Below are positions 9,801 to 18,822 of a DNA stretch of 58,861 nt, one piece after another. The notes under the pieces were generated by a model, which did no database searches, was not told where the DNA came from, and saw only the letters and a list, made by a program, of their open reading frames with translations. Both the position numbers and the translations under genes were made by a program. This DNA is from an uncultured Clostridia bacterium. GTDB lineage: Bacteria > Bacillota > Clostridia > TANB77 > CAG-508. The DNA is taken from NCBI GenBank assembly GCA_934121875.1, contig CAKOVG010000003.1, positions 1 through 58,861 on the forward strand. Direction: 5' to 3'. Each line of letters opens with the position of its first letter. Position 1 is the first letter of the stretch.

Positions 9801-12800
9801 TTGATTTTATTTTTTCAGTATTATCTAAAATATTTTGATTTTCAATAATTACTTTAAATTCATCTATTTCTTCATATTTAATTTGAATATCAATATCAAA
9901 TGAATTTGGTTTGTCTGTTCCTTGTTTTATTGAAATATATTCAAATCCTGATAATAGTACTGAATTTTGAGTAATTATTTTTCCTTCTCCATCACATCCA
10001 ATTTGAAGTGTTCCAATTACCTTGTTCATTGATTTATATTTGTATCCTAATGGTGCTTGTAATTCAATGATTTCATATACAGTTGTTTGTCCAGCAATTG
10101 TTTCTCCTACACTTGCATGTGCTAATTCTTCTGTTTTTGTTATAACTGTTCCTGCATTTGTAGTTTTATTTACTTGTCTTATTTGGTATTTTCCACCTGC
10201 TAATGGTTTATTAGTTTCTTTATCTACTGACTCTACACCTATAGTTAAAAGTGGTTTACTCTTAATTGTTATTATAATTTCTGTTTGATTATAATATTCT
10301 GAATTTTTATTTGGAATTTCTATTGTTAAATAATTTTGTGCACTAGTTGGAATTTCGCTTGCAATAATTTTTCCTTTTTCATTATATGTTAATGTAAATT
10401 CAGTATTTTGTATTTCCTTAAATCCAAAACCAGGCTTTGGATTTGTTATTTGATATGTAATCTTTTTAGAAATATAATATGGTCCTACATAAAGTTGTGC
10501 TCTACCATCAAGTGAAGTAACTTTTGTATCTCCATATACTTCTTCTTTTCCTTTTTGTATAATTTTAAAATTACTTCCTGCAATTGCACTTGTTGTATCT
10601 TCTTGATTTATATTATACACTTGCATTCTAGCTTTTACTCTATTTTTAGTAATTAGTTTTAATGTTGTAGTTCCAATTGAAGCTGTGTCATCAATTTGTA
10701 CATATCCATCACTTGCAATAATTCTTGCATCTGTAATTAAACCTTTATTATCATAAGTAACTGATATTTGAATATCTGAAGTATTAATCATATATTTTTC
10801 TTCAATCGCTGATTGTTTTAAAGTATATGTTATTGTTTGATTTTTGTATTTCTGACAAGAACCAACGTCTGCTTGTCCATTTCCATCTGATATCATTAAT
10901 GGATATCTACTATTTTTATCATTATTTACTGTTATATCATAAAGTGCTGATTGAATTATTTTTGTTTTGTCAGCATCATCTTGTAAATCTATATTAATTT
11001 GAGTTCTTTTACTTGGAATTACATACATTTTAATTTCCATATTAATATTTGTATCTGTGTCTTTTACGGTTGTAATTAAATCAAATACTCCTTCTTTGCT
11101 ATTAGGTGTGCAAGATGTAATTTTTCCATTTTCATCAAATACAACTGTTAAATCTATTTCTTTTGTAGGTTCATAATCAATTGCATTCGTCACTTGTTCA
11201 ATATGATAATTAATAGATTCTCCTTTGTATACTTCTCCAACTAATTCTATAACATCTCCAATATTATTGGTTTTTGTTGTTACATTTGAGTGTTCTCCTT
11301 TACTATTGGTAATGTCAAAAGTATACCCTGCTAAGCTATAATCTACTTCTTTATTAACACTTTCAACTCTTACTTTCATACGGAAATCTTCAACTCTAAT
11401 ATAGGTATTAATATAGTTTTGATTTTGTGAGAAATTTGTTCTTGTAATATAGTGACCTGTTGTAACTTGATTTTTTACATTTCCATATTCATCAAAGACT
11501 ATTTCTACTTTTCCTCTTTCTGTATATGTATTTCCTGTTTGTTCTGAAATTGTATATAAAACAGTTTGATTTCTATGTTCTGTTTTAAATCCAACTTCAG
11601 TACTATTCATATACATTTCTTTTGAAAGTCTTTCTTCTTCTATAACTTGATATGTTCCATCTTCATTTTTTACTTGTGAAACTGCTTTAAATATGTTTTT
11701 ATTATAAGTTTTGTATCCTTGTAATTCACTCTTATTAATTTTAATTTTAAAATATGGTTCTAATTCATTAATAATATTTAATTTTAATAGAGTATCCCCT
11801 ATTGGATCACCTTCTATTGATACTGTTGATATTGCTCCCTTGTTTGGCACATAAATATTTTGTTCAGTTAAAATTTGAGGTTTACTGATTATTTTTCCAT
11901 CTTTGTCATAAATAACTCTAATTAAAATATCTTTATTTGCTATATATGATTTTGAACTTTCAACTTCTTCAATTTTGTATATCATTGTTCTTAATGCATG
12001 TGCATTTTCAAAATAAATTTTACTTAATCCATTTTTATCTGTAGCTTGTGAATAACGAATTTCATTAATTGCTAAATTATTAACTGCATATTCTTCTTCA
12101 TCCCATACTGTAATTTTATATTTTGTACCACCTAATTTTATGGTATTATTTTCAGAATCTGTATTTGTAATTTGTAAAATAGGCTTTGCTTCTACTTGTT
12201 TATTCTTCATTTTAATATCAATAGAAGATATTTCTGTTGTTCCTTTTTCTACATTGTTTTTGCCTGTAATTACTGTATTACCTTCTTCATAATCTGAAAT
12301 TATCTGGCAATCTGTTACTGTTCCACTTGTACTAAATAATATTCTTATTTTTATTAATTCAATTGCTCTATAATTGTCTGGCACATAATATTCTTTTAAT
12401 ACAATATCTATTGTTTTTCCATAATATTTATATGATCCTGTTTCAGGTAATGATACTTTTAATTTTGTATTTCCATTTTCATCTGTTTTTTGAGAACCAT
12501 ATGCAAATACTTTATTTCCATTCCCTGTTGTGATGTTTGAGATATAATATGCTTCTGTTTGAATTCTTACATCTTTTAAAGGTTTGCCATTTTCATCTAC
12601 TTTTTTTACATTAATAGCAAAATTATAAATAATACTATTATATATTGTATATTCAACTCTATTATTACTTGAACCTACATATTCAACATTATCAGATATT
12701 GTTACTTGTTCTAATTTTTTTACATTTGCATCATCATCAAATGTTACGTCAAATTGTGTTGTTATTTTAGCTTCATTTTTATATGTTAAGTTTTCTCTTC

Positions 12801-15800
12801 TTCCATTTGAAATTTGTGCTAATTCAATTCTTAATGTTCTATTAGCATATGTATTATCTAATCTAGCTTTTCCTACTCCATTTGTAATTGTAGCTGTTTG
12901 ATATCCAAGTGGAATATATTCTTCTCCTCTTTTTTCACTTACAATAATACTTGCTTCTCCATTTAAATCGTAATTTGAATCAATATCTTTTAAATTAACT
13001 GTAATTTCTAGTGGATTTGATAATGCTTTATTCAATAATCCTATATTAATTGTATCTGTTCCCAAACTATTATATTTTTTAATTTCACCTATAGAATACT
13101 CAGTACTACCATTTCTTTCTACATAGCTTAAATATTTAATATTATCTACTATTCCTTGTGCACTAATTCCTCCTATTGCAAATTCTTCTGTATCATTTCC
13201 TTGTGTAATTTCTGCTGATTTCATTTTGCCATTTGCATCAAATTTTGCAATAAATTTGATATCTGTTGTATCTCTTTTATAATTATATGAAGGAACATTT
13301 TGTATTACAGTTATTTCAACTGTTTTATTTTTGTAGTTTTTATATAGATATATTGAATCTGTTCCATTTGTGTCATTAATATTAGTATTTCCTCTTGAAT
13401 TAGATGTTTCATAAATTTCCTTTGATATTACTCCATCTTCAACTAACCTAGTTTCTAAGGTAATTTCACTTCCAGTAATAAATTTAAATCCATGGCTTTG
13501 TGAATCTGAATTATCTTTGAAAATTCTTTCTAATTTTTGTGCATTTTCTAGTTGATAATAATGTGTTTCCCATCTATACCAATGCCAATACCAATATGAT
13601 GACCATCGATATGAATAACTTCTTGTCCAATTTCCATAAGATTTATTAAATATTTTTACAGCAACTGTTGCATTTTTGGGTCTTTCTTCTGCTGGTTTTT
13701 CTTTATCAGTGTCATTTGGAATGTCTGGAACGTTTGGAACATCTGGTTGTTCTGTTTCAGATGCTACTTTTGTAGGTACTGTTATTGTTACTACCTTTTT
13801 AGTTACCCCATCTACTGTTTTATTTATTATTTCAACTTTCAATTCTTTTGTAGTAGTATCTTGTAAGTATACAAGATTTCCATTTTCATCTATTTTTAAT
13901 GTAACTACTTTTATTTCTTCATCTAGTCCATAACCAACTGCTGCTTTAACTTCTTTTAATAGTATAGTAGTTTTATCTTGTCTAATTGCTAAATCACTAA
14001 CTTCTATTTCATCATTAACAAGTGTATTTGCACTTATTATACTGCTTTCTGCATATGGCCTAATTTCAACATCATATCTTGAACCTGGTATTTTTTCACC
14101 TTTTGAATTTACTTTTATTATGTCTATATCATAAAGGATTCCAGATAATATATCCTCTGTTGAATTCATTATTTTTAATGAAATATTTACTTGGTTTTTC
14201 TCTGCTTCATAGCTTACTAAACGATCTGATAAAAGTTCTTTTCCTTGTAAATAACTTATTCCTTTATATGTAACTATTTCCCCTTCTTTGGTAAAACGAA
14301 CTTCTACATTTATTGTTTCTCCTAATAATTTATATGGTTCTACTGTTTGTAATTCTTCTAATTTAAATATATAGCTTTTTCCTTCTTTTGCTACAAATTC
14401 TTCTCCAATTTCAACATATCCATTTGATGAAGTAGTAATTTCTTGGCTATAACCTGTTGTTTCTTCTGTTACTCTAAATTTAAACCCTCCAAGAGATAAC
14501 TTTTTGTTTGTATCTGTTTTTGCAACTTGAAATTTAACTCTACTATTTTTATTTGAATATACATTATCTTCTACTAATACATTACCATTTTCATCTATTT
14601 TAATTTGAGATGCATTAATATTATTGGTAGAATTTACCTGGTAAATTCCTTTATTGTTTTTAGTTAATAATATTGTTTTTGTTTTATCATCTATTAAGTA
14701 TCCATTTGCTGCCTTTGTTTGTGTTATTTGTATAGTAATATTTTTGTCATTTAATAATTCTGTATTTGCTTGTCCATTATCACCTGTTGATATAATTTTG
14801 GTTATAATTGAATTAGATGTTGACATTTTTATTTTGTATTGTGCACCTATAACAGCACTTTCAGAGTCTTTATCTTTTTGTGTAATTATTAATTTAGTGT
14901 CTCCGTTTATTGGATTCATTGTACCTTTTATTTGTATATTTGATACATATTTGAACATATCTGTATCATCATCTTCTGAATAAAATACATTAATATTTTC
15001 TAATTTTGACATTTGATATGTATCTACAATTTTATTATTTTCATATTTGATAACTATTATAGGTGTAATTCCTAATACATCATTTTCTATTTCTAATCTA
15101 TATATTACTTCTCCATTTCCATCATTTTGTATATTTATTAATTCTATATTTCCATTTTCATCTGTTACACCAGTTCCTATTAAACTGTTATCCAAAATTT
15201 TATAAATTTTAACACCAATTCCTTCTAATGCAACATCAGGATTTTGTTCTGAACTTATTTTTATTTTTATAGCATTTGTGCTTGTTTTTTTAACATTTGT
15301 TAATTTAACATATACAACACCATTTTCTGCTTTTTCAAATACACCACTCATAGATGCTTTATTATATTCAATACTTCCGTCATCTTTTCTATTAATAGTT
15401 ATATAACGATCTACAGTTTCTTTAGCATATCCGTTTGCTGATTCTTCATGAATAAATGTTAATTTTAATAATCCTTTTCCATATAGATTATCAATTATAA
15501 TGTTTCCATCAGCATTTGTTTCATATGTTTTGGTTGTATATTCTAGTCCATCTTCTGTTTCTACTTTAATTTTATATTTACTATCTTTAACTGGTGATCC
15601 ATCCTTGTAATCAGTTACAGAAATTTGAGTTGTAAATTTACTTGTTTCTTTTCTTTGGTTTGCAACTATTATATTTGCTTTTGTTTGGTTTTCAATTGTA
15701 ACTGCTTTATTTTCTGCAAATAGTTTTTGCTCTACTTTAGAAACCTCTCCATTTTGATCAAATGTTATTTTTAAATATGTTTTTCCACAACTTGTGTATT

Positions 15801-18726
15801 GTTCATTTACACTTACTTGTTCTAAAACATATTCTTTTGTTTTATTTACTCCTGCACTTTGAATATTAAATACTATTTTACCGTCTTTAGTAGTTCCCTC
15901 TGCTATTTGAGTTCCATTTTGTTTTAATACAAATACTGTACCAGATAATAAATTTTTAGTTTGTGCATCAATGTTTGTAATTTCAAAATTAAAAGCTGTT
16001 TTTTCAACAAAAACTTTTATTTGTATTGTTTGTCCATCTTCACTAACTTTTGCTTGCACTTTATCTGAGCTTTCAGAAGCATTAATTATTATCTTTGAAC
16101 CATTTGCATCTATTTTTACTGTTTGATAATCTGCTAGTTGATATCCTACTGCTTTTTCTACGTTTTCTATTTTTATACTGCTAACATCTTTTAATTTTGC
16201 TTTTTCTACAAATATTTTTCCATTTTTATCTGTTTGTACATTTTTGGCAATTTCTATAAGTATTCCATTTTCTTTTTCTCCAATAATATCATAGGTAGCA
16301 CCTGTTACTCCCATACCTGTTTCACTATCAGCTACTTGTAATTCAATTTTGTATGGATTAATGTAATATGGGCCTGTTACTTTTTCTTTAGAAACTGTTC
16401 CATCTTGATTTGTTGCTTTTATGTGTAAATATAGTACTTGATCTGTATAATCTCTAGAAAGTTTAACAGTTTGTTCTGTTGATTTTCCAGAAATGGCTAT
16501 TTCATCAGACCATTTGTCTATTGCAACTTCATCAGTGCTTTCTGTAAAAGCATATTTATATGCTTTTAAACCACTTTCATCATCCTTTATGTTTACCAAA
16601 ATATCAATTTCTTGATTTTGTGTTTCTGCTTCTATAGGATTTACAGTAATTAAGGGAGCTGTTTGATCCTTTATAATTTGAATACTTTGTGAAAATTCCT
16701 CAGAAGAAATTTTTATACCATTTATTATTTTTGAAACTACTAGACTCATTGTATAATTTCCAAGTCCATATGAACTATTAGCCTTTATTGAAAAATCTAA
16801 TAATGGTTGATTTCCACTATATACTTTTTTATTTTCTTTTTTTACAGTCCATTCATATGTTAATTCTGCTCCTGATGGATCATAAGATTCATCTATTACT
16901 TCCAATTTTTCATACATAGATATATTTTTATTTTTTACTTTATATGATGCTATTGGTTTTACTGTAGAGGCTCCTGTTGTTACATATTTTATTGCACTTG
17001 TTTCAACATCTTGGTAATCTGTTACAGTTAACCTAACCATATATCTAGTATTTGCTTCTAGTTCTTGTACTATTTCTGTTCTTATACTGTTAGAATTAAT
17101 TTTTTTCCAACTACTATCTGTAAGTTTTTTGTATTCCCATTTTTCTGTTTTTATTCCATTGGTTGCTTTTTGTTTTTCTGTGTTTTCTGTATTTGCCTCT
17201 ATATCTAAGTCATAAGAGTTGCTAGTTAATGCAACTTGATTTCCTACTACTTTCATATTAAAGGTAGCTACAGGTCTTCTATGAGCATATACTTGTGTTA
17301 TTAATTTGTCTTCACAATAAATATAATATTTTCCTACATTATCAAAACCTTTTATTAATTCATTAGTATATACTCCGTTTAATTCATATTGGTATTGTGG
17401 GTTTTCATAGTATTTTTCATCATGAATTACTTTCCAAACACCATTTGGATAAGCATCTGTTGGTGTTTCTACTCCTGTAGATGGAGATGTCACCTGAATA
17501 TTTACTGGTTCTCCTGCAATAACGGTGTTTCCAACTACTGGTTTTATAATTTTTTTAATATATTCTACTGTTTCTTTAATAGCATTTTCTGAAGAATTAC
17601 CTACATATATTCCTTTGTTATCATTTTTCTTAATAACATCTTCCATTTGTGCACGATTTTCTTCTGTTCCATATCCAATATAGTAAACGTCATTATTCAT
17701 TAGTTTTGCAATAATAGCTGTCAATTCTTCAGTATTAGAAAATTGTGAATTTGTTTTGTCTTCTGCATTAATTACTACGTGTAATGCACCATCTCTCCAT
17801 TCTGGTGCTTGTAAAACTTCTGTAAATTTCTTTACAGTTTGTGTTTTTAAATTAATGTTAGTTAGTGTAAAACTACCTATTGAATCACATCCATGACTAT
17901 AATGATCTGAGAAAAATCCATATCCCTCACCATAACTTTCGTCTGGTTTATATTCATATATATATTCTGATGATAATCCTCCACCATTAATTTTTATTGC
18001 TTTGTCTGTTACTTTTACAGTTAAATTTCCTGTTGGATTAATATTTAGTGATTTAATAAGTCGTATATCTGTACCTACTTTAAATGCAGTTCTATTATCA
18101 TTATCATATTTAAAATACCATAATGCTCCATTTGCATTAGATGATCCACTGTAAAAAGTTGCACTTGATTTATTAAAGCTTAACATATATCCTTCGAGTG
18201 TATTATTTGAATTTTTTTTCACTCTTAAAAGCATTCCAGCAGCATTAAAACTATCTCCAAAGTTTATATTGTATCCAAAATTAAAATCTTGTTCTTGATT
18301 TCCTCCTGGAATAATCCATATAGCATTTTTACCTGCTAGGGAGCTGTTACCTACCATGCTTACATTTTTTCCATTGTTCGTGAAAGATACTGAACCTATT
18401 GATGAATTTACACTTTCAACCCATTCAAAAGCTTCTTGTGTTACAACAGTTTGTGTATCAATAGCTGATATTTTTATTTTTCCACTATCAATCTCAGTTT
18501 GTGACATTACTTTTTGTGCAATTAATTCTTCTTTTAATTTCTTCTCAAATTCAGTAAAATTTGCACTTGTCTGTGATTTAGTTAAAACAACATCAACATT
18601 TGGTGTTTGACTTATTTCAAGTTTTACTTGTTGAGAAGCATATGAATAAATGCCTACACCCAATACTGCTGTAAGTAATATGCCACTAATTATTTTAATT
18701 AATCTTTTGTTTTTTAAGTCTTTCAT
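3829..18726 (-). CDS. giant (4,965 aa) secreted repeat adhesin: N-terminal lectin/PKD-like head, many SpaA/Cna-B-like ~100-aa modules, C-terminal dockerin
   Basis: This is a single uninterrupted 14.9-kb ORF with an AGGGGGA RBS. The signal-peptide-like N-terminus is KRLIKIISGILLTAVLGVGIYSYA. A PKD-like signature is present (ESYDPSGAELTYEWTV). More than 25 modules end in a (F/Y)D-x-NG-x-I signature. Repeated A-P-x-GY-type motifs (ELQAPTGYRK, IELQAPLGYKY, REIVPPAGYEL, ETQEPNGYET) are typical of Cna-B/SpaA prealbumin-fold domains. No LPXTG is present. Confidence 0.9.
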   Translation of the reverse strand: MKDLKNKRLIKIISGILLTAVLGVGIYSYASQQVKLEISQTPNVDVVLTKSQTSANFTEFEKKLKEELIAQKVMSQTEIDSGKIKISAIDTQTVVTQEAFEWVESVNSSIGSVSFTNNGKNVSMVGNSSLAGKNAIWIIPGGNQEQDFNFGYNINFGDSFNAAGMLLRVKKNSNNTLEGYMLSFNKSSATFYSGSSNANGALWYFKYDNDNRTAFKVGTDIRLIKSLNINPTGNLTVKVTDKAIKINGGGLSSEYIYEYKPDESYGEGYGFFSDHYSHGCDSIGSFTLTNINLKTQTVKKFTEVLQAPEWRDGALHVVINAEDKTNSQFSNTEELTAIIAKLMNNDVYYIGYGTEENRAQMEDVIKKNDNKGIYVGNSSENAIKETVEYIKKIIKPVVGNTVIAGEPVNIQVTSPSTGVETPTDAYPNGVWKVIHDEKYYENPQYQYELNGVYTNELIKGFDNVGKYYIYCEDKLITQVYAHRRPVATFNMKVVGNQVALTSNSYDLDIEANTENTEKQKATNGIKTEKWEYKKLTDSSWKKINSNSIRTEIVQELEANTRYMVRLTVTDYQDVETSAIKYVTTGASTVKPIASYKVKNKNISMYEKLEVIDESYDPSGAELTYEWTVKKENKKVYSGNQPLLDFSIKANSSYGLGNYTMSLVVSKIINGIKISSEEFSQSIQIIKDQTAPLITVNPIEAETQNQEIDILVNIKDDESGLKAYKYAFTESTDEVAIDKWSDEIAISGKSTEQTVKLSRDYTDQVLYLHIKATNQDGTVSKEKVTGPYYINPYKIELQVADSETGMGVTGATYDIIGEKENGILIEIAKNVQTDKNGKIFVEKAKLKDVSSIKIENVEKAVGYQLADYQTVKIDANGSKIIINASESSDKVQAKVSEDGQTIQIKVFVEKTAFNFEITNIDAQTKNLLSGTVFVLKQNGTQIAEGTTKDGKIVFNIQSAGVNKTKEYVLEQVSVNEQYTSCGKTYLKITFDQNGEVSKVEQKLFAENKAVTIENQTKANIIVANQRKETSKFTTQISVTDYKDGSPVKDSKYKIKVETEDGLEYTTKTYETNADGNIIIDNLYGKGLLKLTFIHEESANGYAKETVDRYITINRKDDGSIEYNKASMSGVFEKAENGVVYVKLTNVKKTSTNAIKIKISSEQNPDVALEGIGVKIYKILDNSLIGTGVTDENGNIELINIQNDGNGEVIYRLEIENDVLGITPIIVIKYENNKIVDTYQMSKLENINVFYSEDDDTDMFKYVSNIQIKGTMNPINGDTKLIITQKDKDSESAVIGAQYKIKMSTSNSIITKIISTGDNGQANTELLNDKNITIQITQTKAANGYLIDDKTKTILLTKNNKGIYQVNSTNNINASQIKIDENGNVLVEDNVYSNKNSRVKFQVAKTDTNKKLSLGGFKFRVTEETTGYSQEITTSSNGYVEIGEEFVAKEGKSYIFKLEELQTVEPYKLLGETINVEVRFTKEGEIVTYKGISYLQGKELLSDRLVSYEAEKNQVNISLKIMNSTEDILSGILYDIDIIKVNSKGEKIPGSRYDVEIRPYAESSIISANTLVNDEIEVSDLAIRQDKTTILLKEVKAAVGYGLDEEIKVVTLKIDENGNLVYLQDTTTKELKVEIINKTVDGVTKKVVTITVPTKVASETEQPDVPNVPDIPNDTDKEKPAEERPKNATVAVKIFNKSYGNWTRSYSYRWSSYWYWHWYRWETHYYQLENAQKLERIFKDNSDSQSHGFKFITGSEITLETRLVEDGVISKEIYETSNSRGNTNINDTNGTDSIYLYKNYKNKTVEITVIQNVPSYNYKRDTTDIKFIAKFDANGKMKSAEITQGNDTEEFAIGGISAQGIVDNIKYLSYVERNGSTEYSIGEIKKYNSLGTDTINIGLLNKALSNPLEITVNLKDIDSNYDLNGEASIIVSEKRGEEYIPLGYQTATITNGVGKARLDNTYANRTLRIELAQISNGRRENLTYKNEAKITTQFDVTFDDDANVKKLEQVTISDNVEYVGSSNNRVEYTIYNSIIYNFAINVKKVDENGKPLKDVRIQTEAYYISNITTGNGNKVFAYGSQKTDENGNTKLKVSLPETGSYKYYGKTIDIVLKEYYVPDNYRAIELIKIRILFSTSGTVTDCQIISDYEEGNTVITGKNNVEKGTTEISSIDIKMKNKQVEAKPILQITNTDSENNTIKLGGTKYKITVWDEEEYAVNNLAINEIRYSQATDKNGLSKIYFENAHALRTMIYKIEEVESSKSYIANKDILIRVIYDKDGKIISKPQILTEQNIYVPNKGAISTVSIEGDPIGDTLLKLNIINELEPYFKIKINKSELQGYKTYNKNIFKAVSQVKNEDGTYQVIEEERLSKEMYMNSTEVGFKTEHRNQTVLYTISEQTGNTYTERGKVEIVFDEYGNVKNQVTTGHYITRTNFSQNQNYINTYIRVEDFRMKVRVESVNKEVDYSLAGYTFDITNSKGEHSNVTTKTNNIGDVIELVGEVYKGESINYHIEQVTNAIDYEPTKEIDLTVVFDENGKITSCTPNSKEGVFDLITTVKDTDTNINMEIKMYVIPSKRTQINIDLQDDADKTKIIQSALYDITVNNDKNSRYPLMISDGNGQADVGSCQKYKNQTITYTLKQSAIEEKYMINTSDIQISVTYDNKGLITDARIIASDGYVQIDDTASIGTTTLKLITKNRVKARMQVYNINQEDTTSAIAGSNFKIIQKGKEEVYGDTKVTSLDGRAQLYVGPYYISKKITYQITNPKPGFGFKEIQNTEFTLTYNEKGKIIASEIPTSAQNYLTIEIPNKNSEYYNQTEIIITIKSKPLLTIGVESVDKETNKPLAGGKYQIRQVNKTTNAGTVITKTEELAHASVGETIAGQTTVYEIIELQAPLGYKYKSMNKVIGTLQIGCDGEGKIITQNSVLLSGFEYISIKQGTDKPNSFDIDIQIKYEEIDEFKVIIENQNILDNTEKIKSNFHGQLTTGVYKDTTTDKDTGLGMLNFGKILAINSKQTLIISQSQIEGSYMAIANIRLDINFDENGKIKSISPFSNKNYATHGEAYVIEQTGAYTVKITVKNNPVTKFNIKNVSDGDDTLTVDSTYELTGSGINGKINLVTKDGEASSILESVPKSINVDYVLKQTEVARGYTLNKNIVIRVTYNNDGKITNAYQIVSASTADRTVIKSITYDSYQLNIEIKNKQKFEFYISTQDAFDGNIKLANMQIYLKEVNYSKQSVTVKTDSKGQANTILGSTIANSYLDYEVTVLTTQSGYNTAIQKGKHSIRVYFGSNGNITNCVSNSEYIDVKYGSGLAVEVNVKYIPNLEMQIERTNTSTKTPLTGRELTISSPALEKTIKTTTNAQGKLNINAGKIKAENTITYNISEQNVNTDTNIEKLPNIIVNVTYDNLGRISRIATNQSEYVVASGIGTRSIVLEIGTKKITTMSIITSDYHNHTVNITGKYEITSNKGEKTTISSSTGLTNTITNLGKVYPGEKITYVIHPVSIQRGYEIVEDQKFEVKYSLDGTINSVNPLNKDRLVVKKTQQNNSQTEPNIMLQLYSKSTLEIAIKVIDKNYNSGVYGLGFKIKNELTGIETTVDSKTNENGILKISVPPTYENRIVNYTITQTNSYGGYKAIKPIRLVVSYGNLGTVKEKGTYIINPQNEKITQGYSEELYKSSRLKGVQIEIKGESQLGVGIEKIDVYGNKLSGVEYIITAKEENNTNNWRAMTNTKGETTKYLGDIPKNKTIEYTISELQAPTGYRKMEDAIIKVCYNSEGRITSYTIEQQPENATIELATDKLCTMSDSKESVHLKLKITNDNRVTFRVVNQDVWTEKPIANSEFSLSVENIDGTIKADTIKTNAKGQAIIENINANGDLTFYFSQNSIPENYKVNNQNSGYIKINKSSKEYKLTYLSSTDNLNYTIDNETGIVTIYLKNENNLLLNIADIDGETGKTVENGSHMVKAQYGELNETVTSILTKNDNILLQKGPENSSNAITSFDLGNTYKLFNKKVVYTISTPTTPDNIDGKYNAIKDQYIVVEFDGNGLISKINGETSRIENVSNSNSLTMNVIIAFGNIDNYKIKIIKQAETSSQRVNGSIFNVNLNVNGTNVETYEALQTGPKLVNEKVVEEGVAEIKKLQYEGKVKLTLTEIKAPEGHEGLINIPINIEFDVKLDKTDINDVKLIVRNEKCNSQSATIQVNDKTREIAITVSNKPIIKLEIDKVDENNNSLSGISFNMKVQEKNNLSNIIDYGTITTTQAGTIQTAIENKYYAKSIFIILTEEKNEYYQQIAPITIEAEIDENGEIISTKLISGKNNANITYNKTNIKAKITNKLEEYAKPYEIKVVKTNENDSNIRIAGVPFQVKVTPDVGIPVYQAATTDENGEINLKGLVGSGNIVIEIREIVPPAGYELGKTDGYYKYGIKKENDVLQKVYANVEEDLLNIDNANKSINIKVPNRTDLIGLAINKVDENDYDLNIVNTKFKLIDISSGNEYTSTTDNKGIAYFALPKSFNETKKYKLTEILASGGYQLDNNPREISLYYDSEGKITKASETNGLELMDKNNNYVKYSFANKQKELNVLPYTIKVINVNKNNNQAVIKDSEFSIKVNQTVGATSLETTKTTNENGEIALKVNGAGDIKIDLQNTKVGLGYQINNNKMFVKMNRNQITGNITIKESENVITKYDEANRTVIIYVQSESAVNQYTMQINLVDKITNKLIADKNVKLNITLNGETKQITSNETGKIILQGLQIPDLAKFEINIEETQEPNGYETVALVQKIIAHVTEIYNSRALYNVEITQGQNIQIVNASDNELTINLLHQPLESSDDELYLKSDIYRVTEKYVERISGPRTVKDYLANMKSNGEMKVYDNKGNIVADNNYVGTGMKIVATKGTESITKTLSVIGDVTGNGLIKALDISLMKQHLVGKKKLEGAYLLAGDINDDGVIKALDISKEKQAIVGKITL
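3832..4020 (-). other. C-terminal dockerin-like module (two duplicated Ca-loop segments)
   Basis: The last 63 aa are VIGDVTGNGLIKALDISLMKQHLVGKKKLEGAYLLAGDINDDGVIKALDISKEKQAIVGKITL. They contain two 23-aa repeats, each with the D-x-(T/N)-x-(N/D)-G-x-I-x-x-x-D spacing of type-I dockerin EF-hand-like loops. Confidence 0.7.
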
Positions 18727-18822
18727 CTTTTTCTTCCCCCTAAAAAATAAATACCTCTTGTTTTTATATTAACATATAGTATTTAACAATTCAAATGTAG
18801 TTTCTTCCATATTTACCATGTA

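Noticed and set aside
4176-18610. Numerous 60-115-aa plus-strand ORFs inside the giant adhesin gene
   Set aside because: All are antisense to one continuous 14.9-kb ORF with coherent domain repeats. None has an RBS or a recognisable product.
3829-18726. Possibility that the adhesin gene's repeats are a DNA-level tandem repeat or assembly artefact
   Set aside because: The ~100-aa modules are clearly diverged at both the amino-acid and nucleotide level. I saw no long identical DNA repeats, so this is domain repetition and not a collapsed or expanded tandem array.
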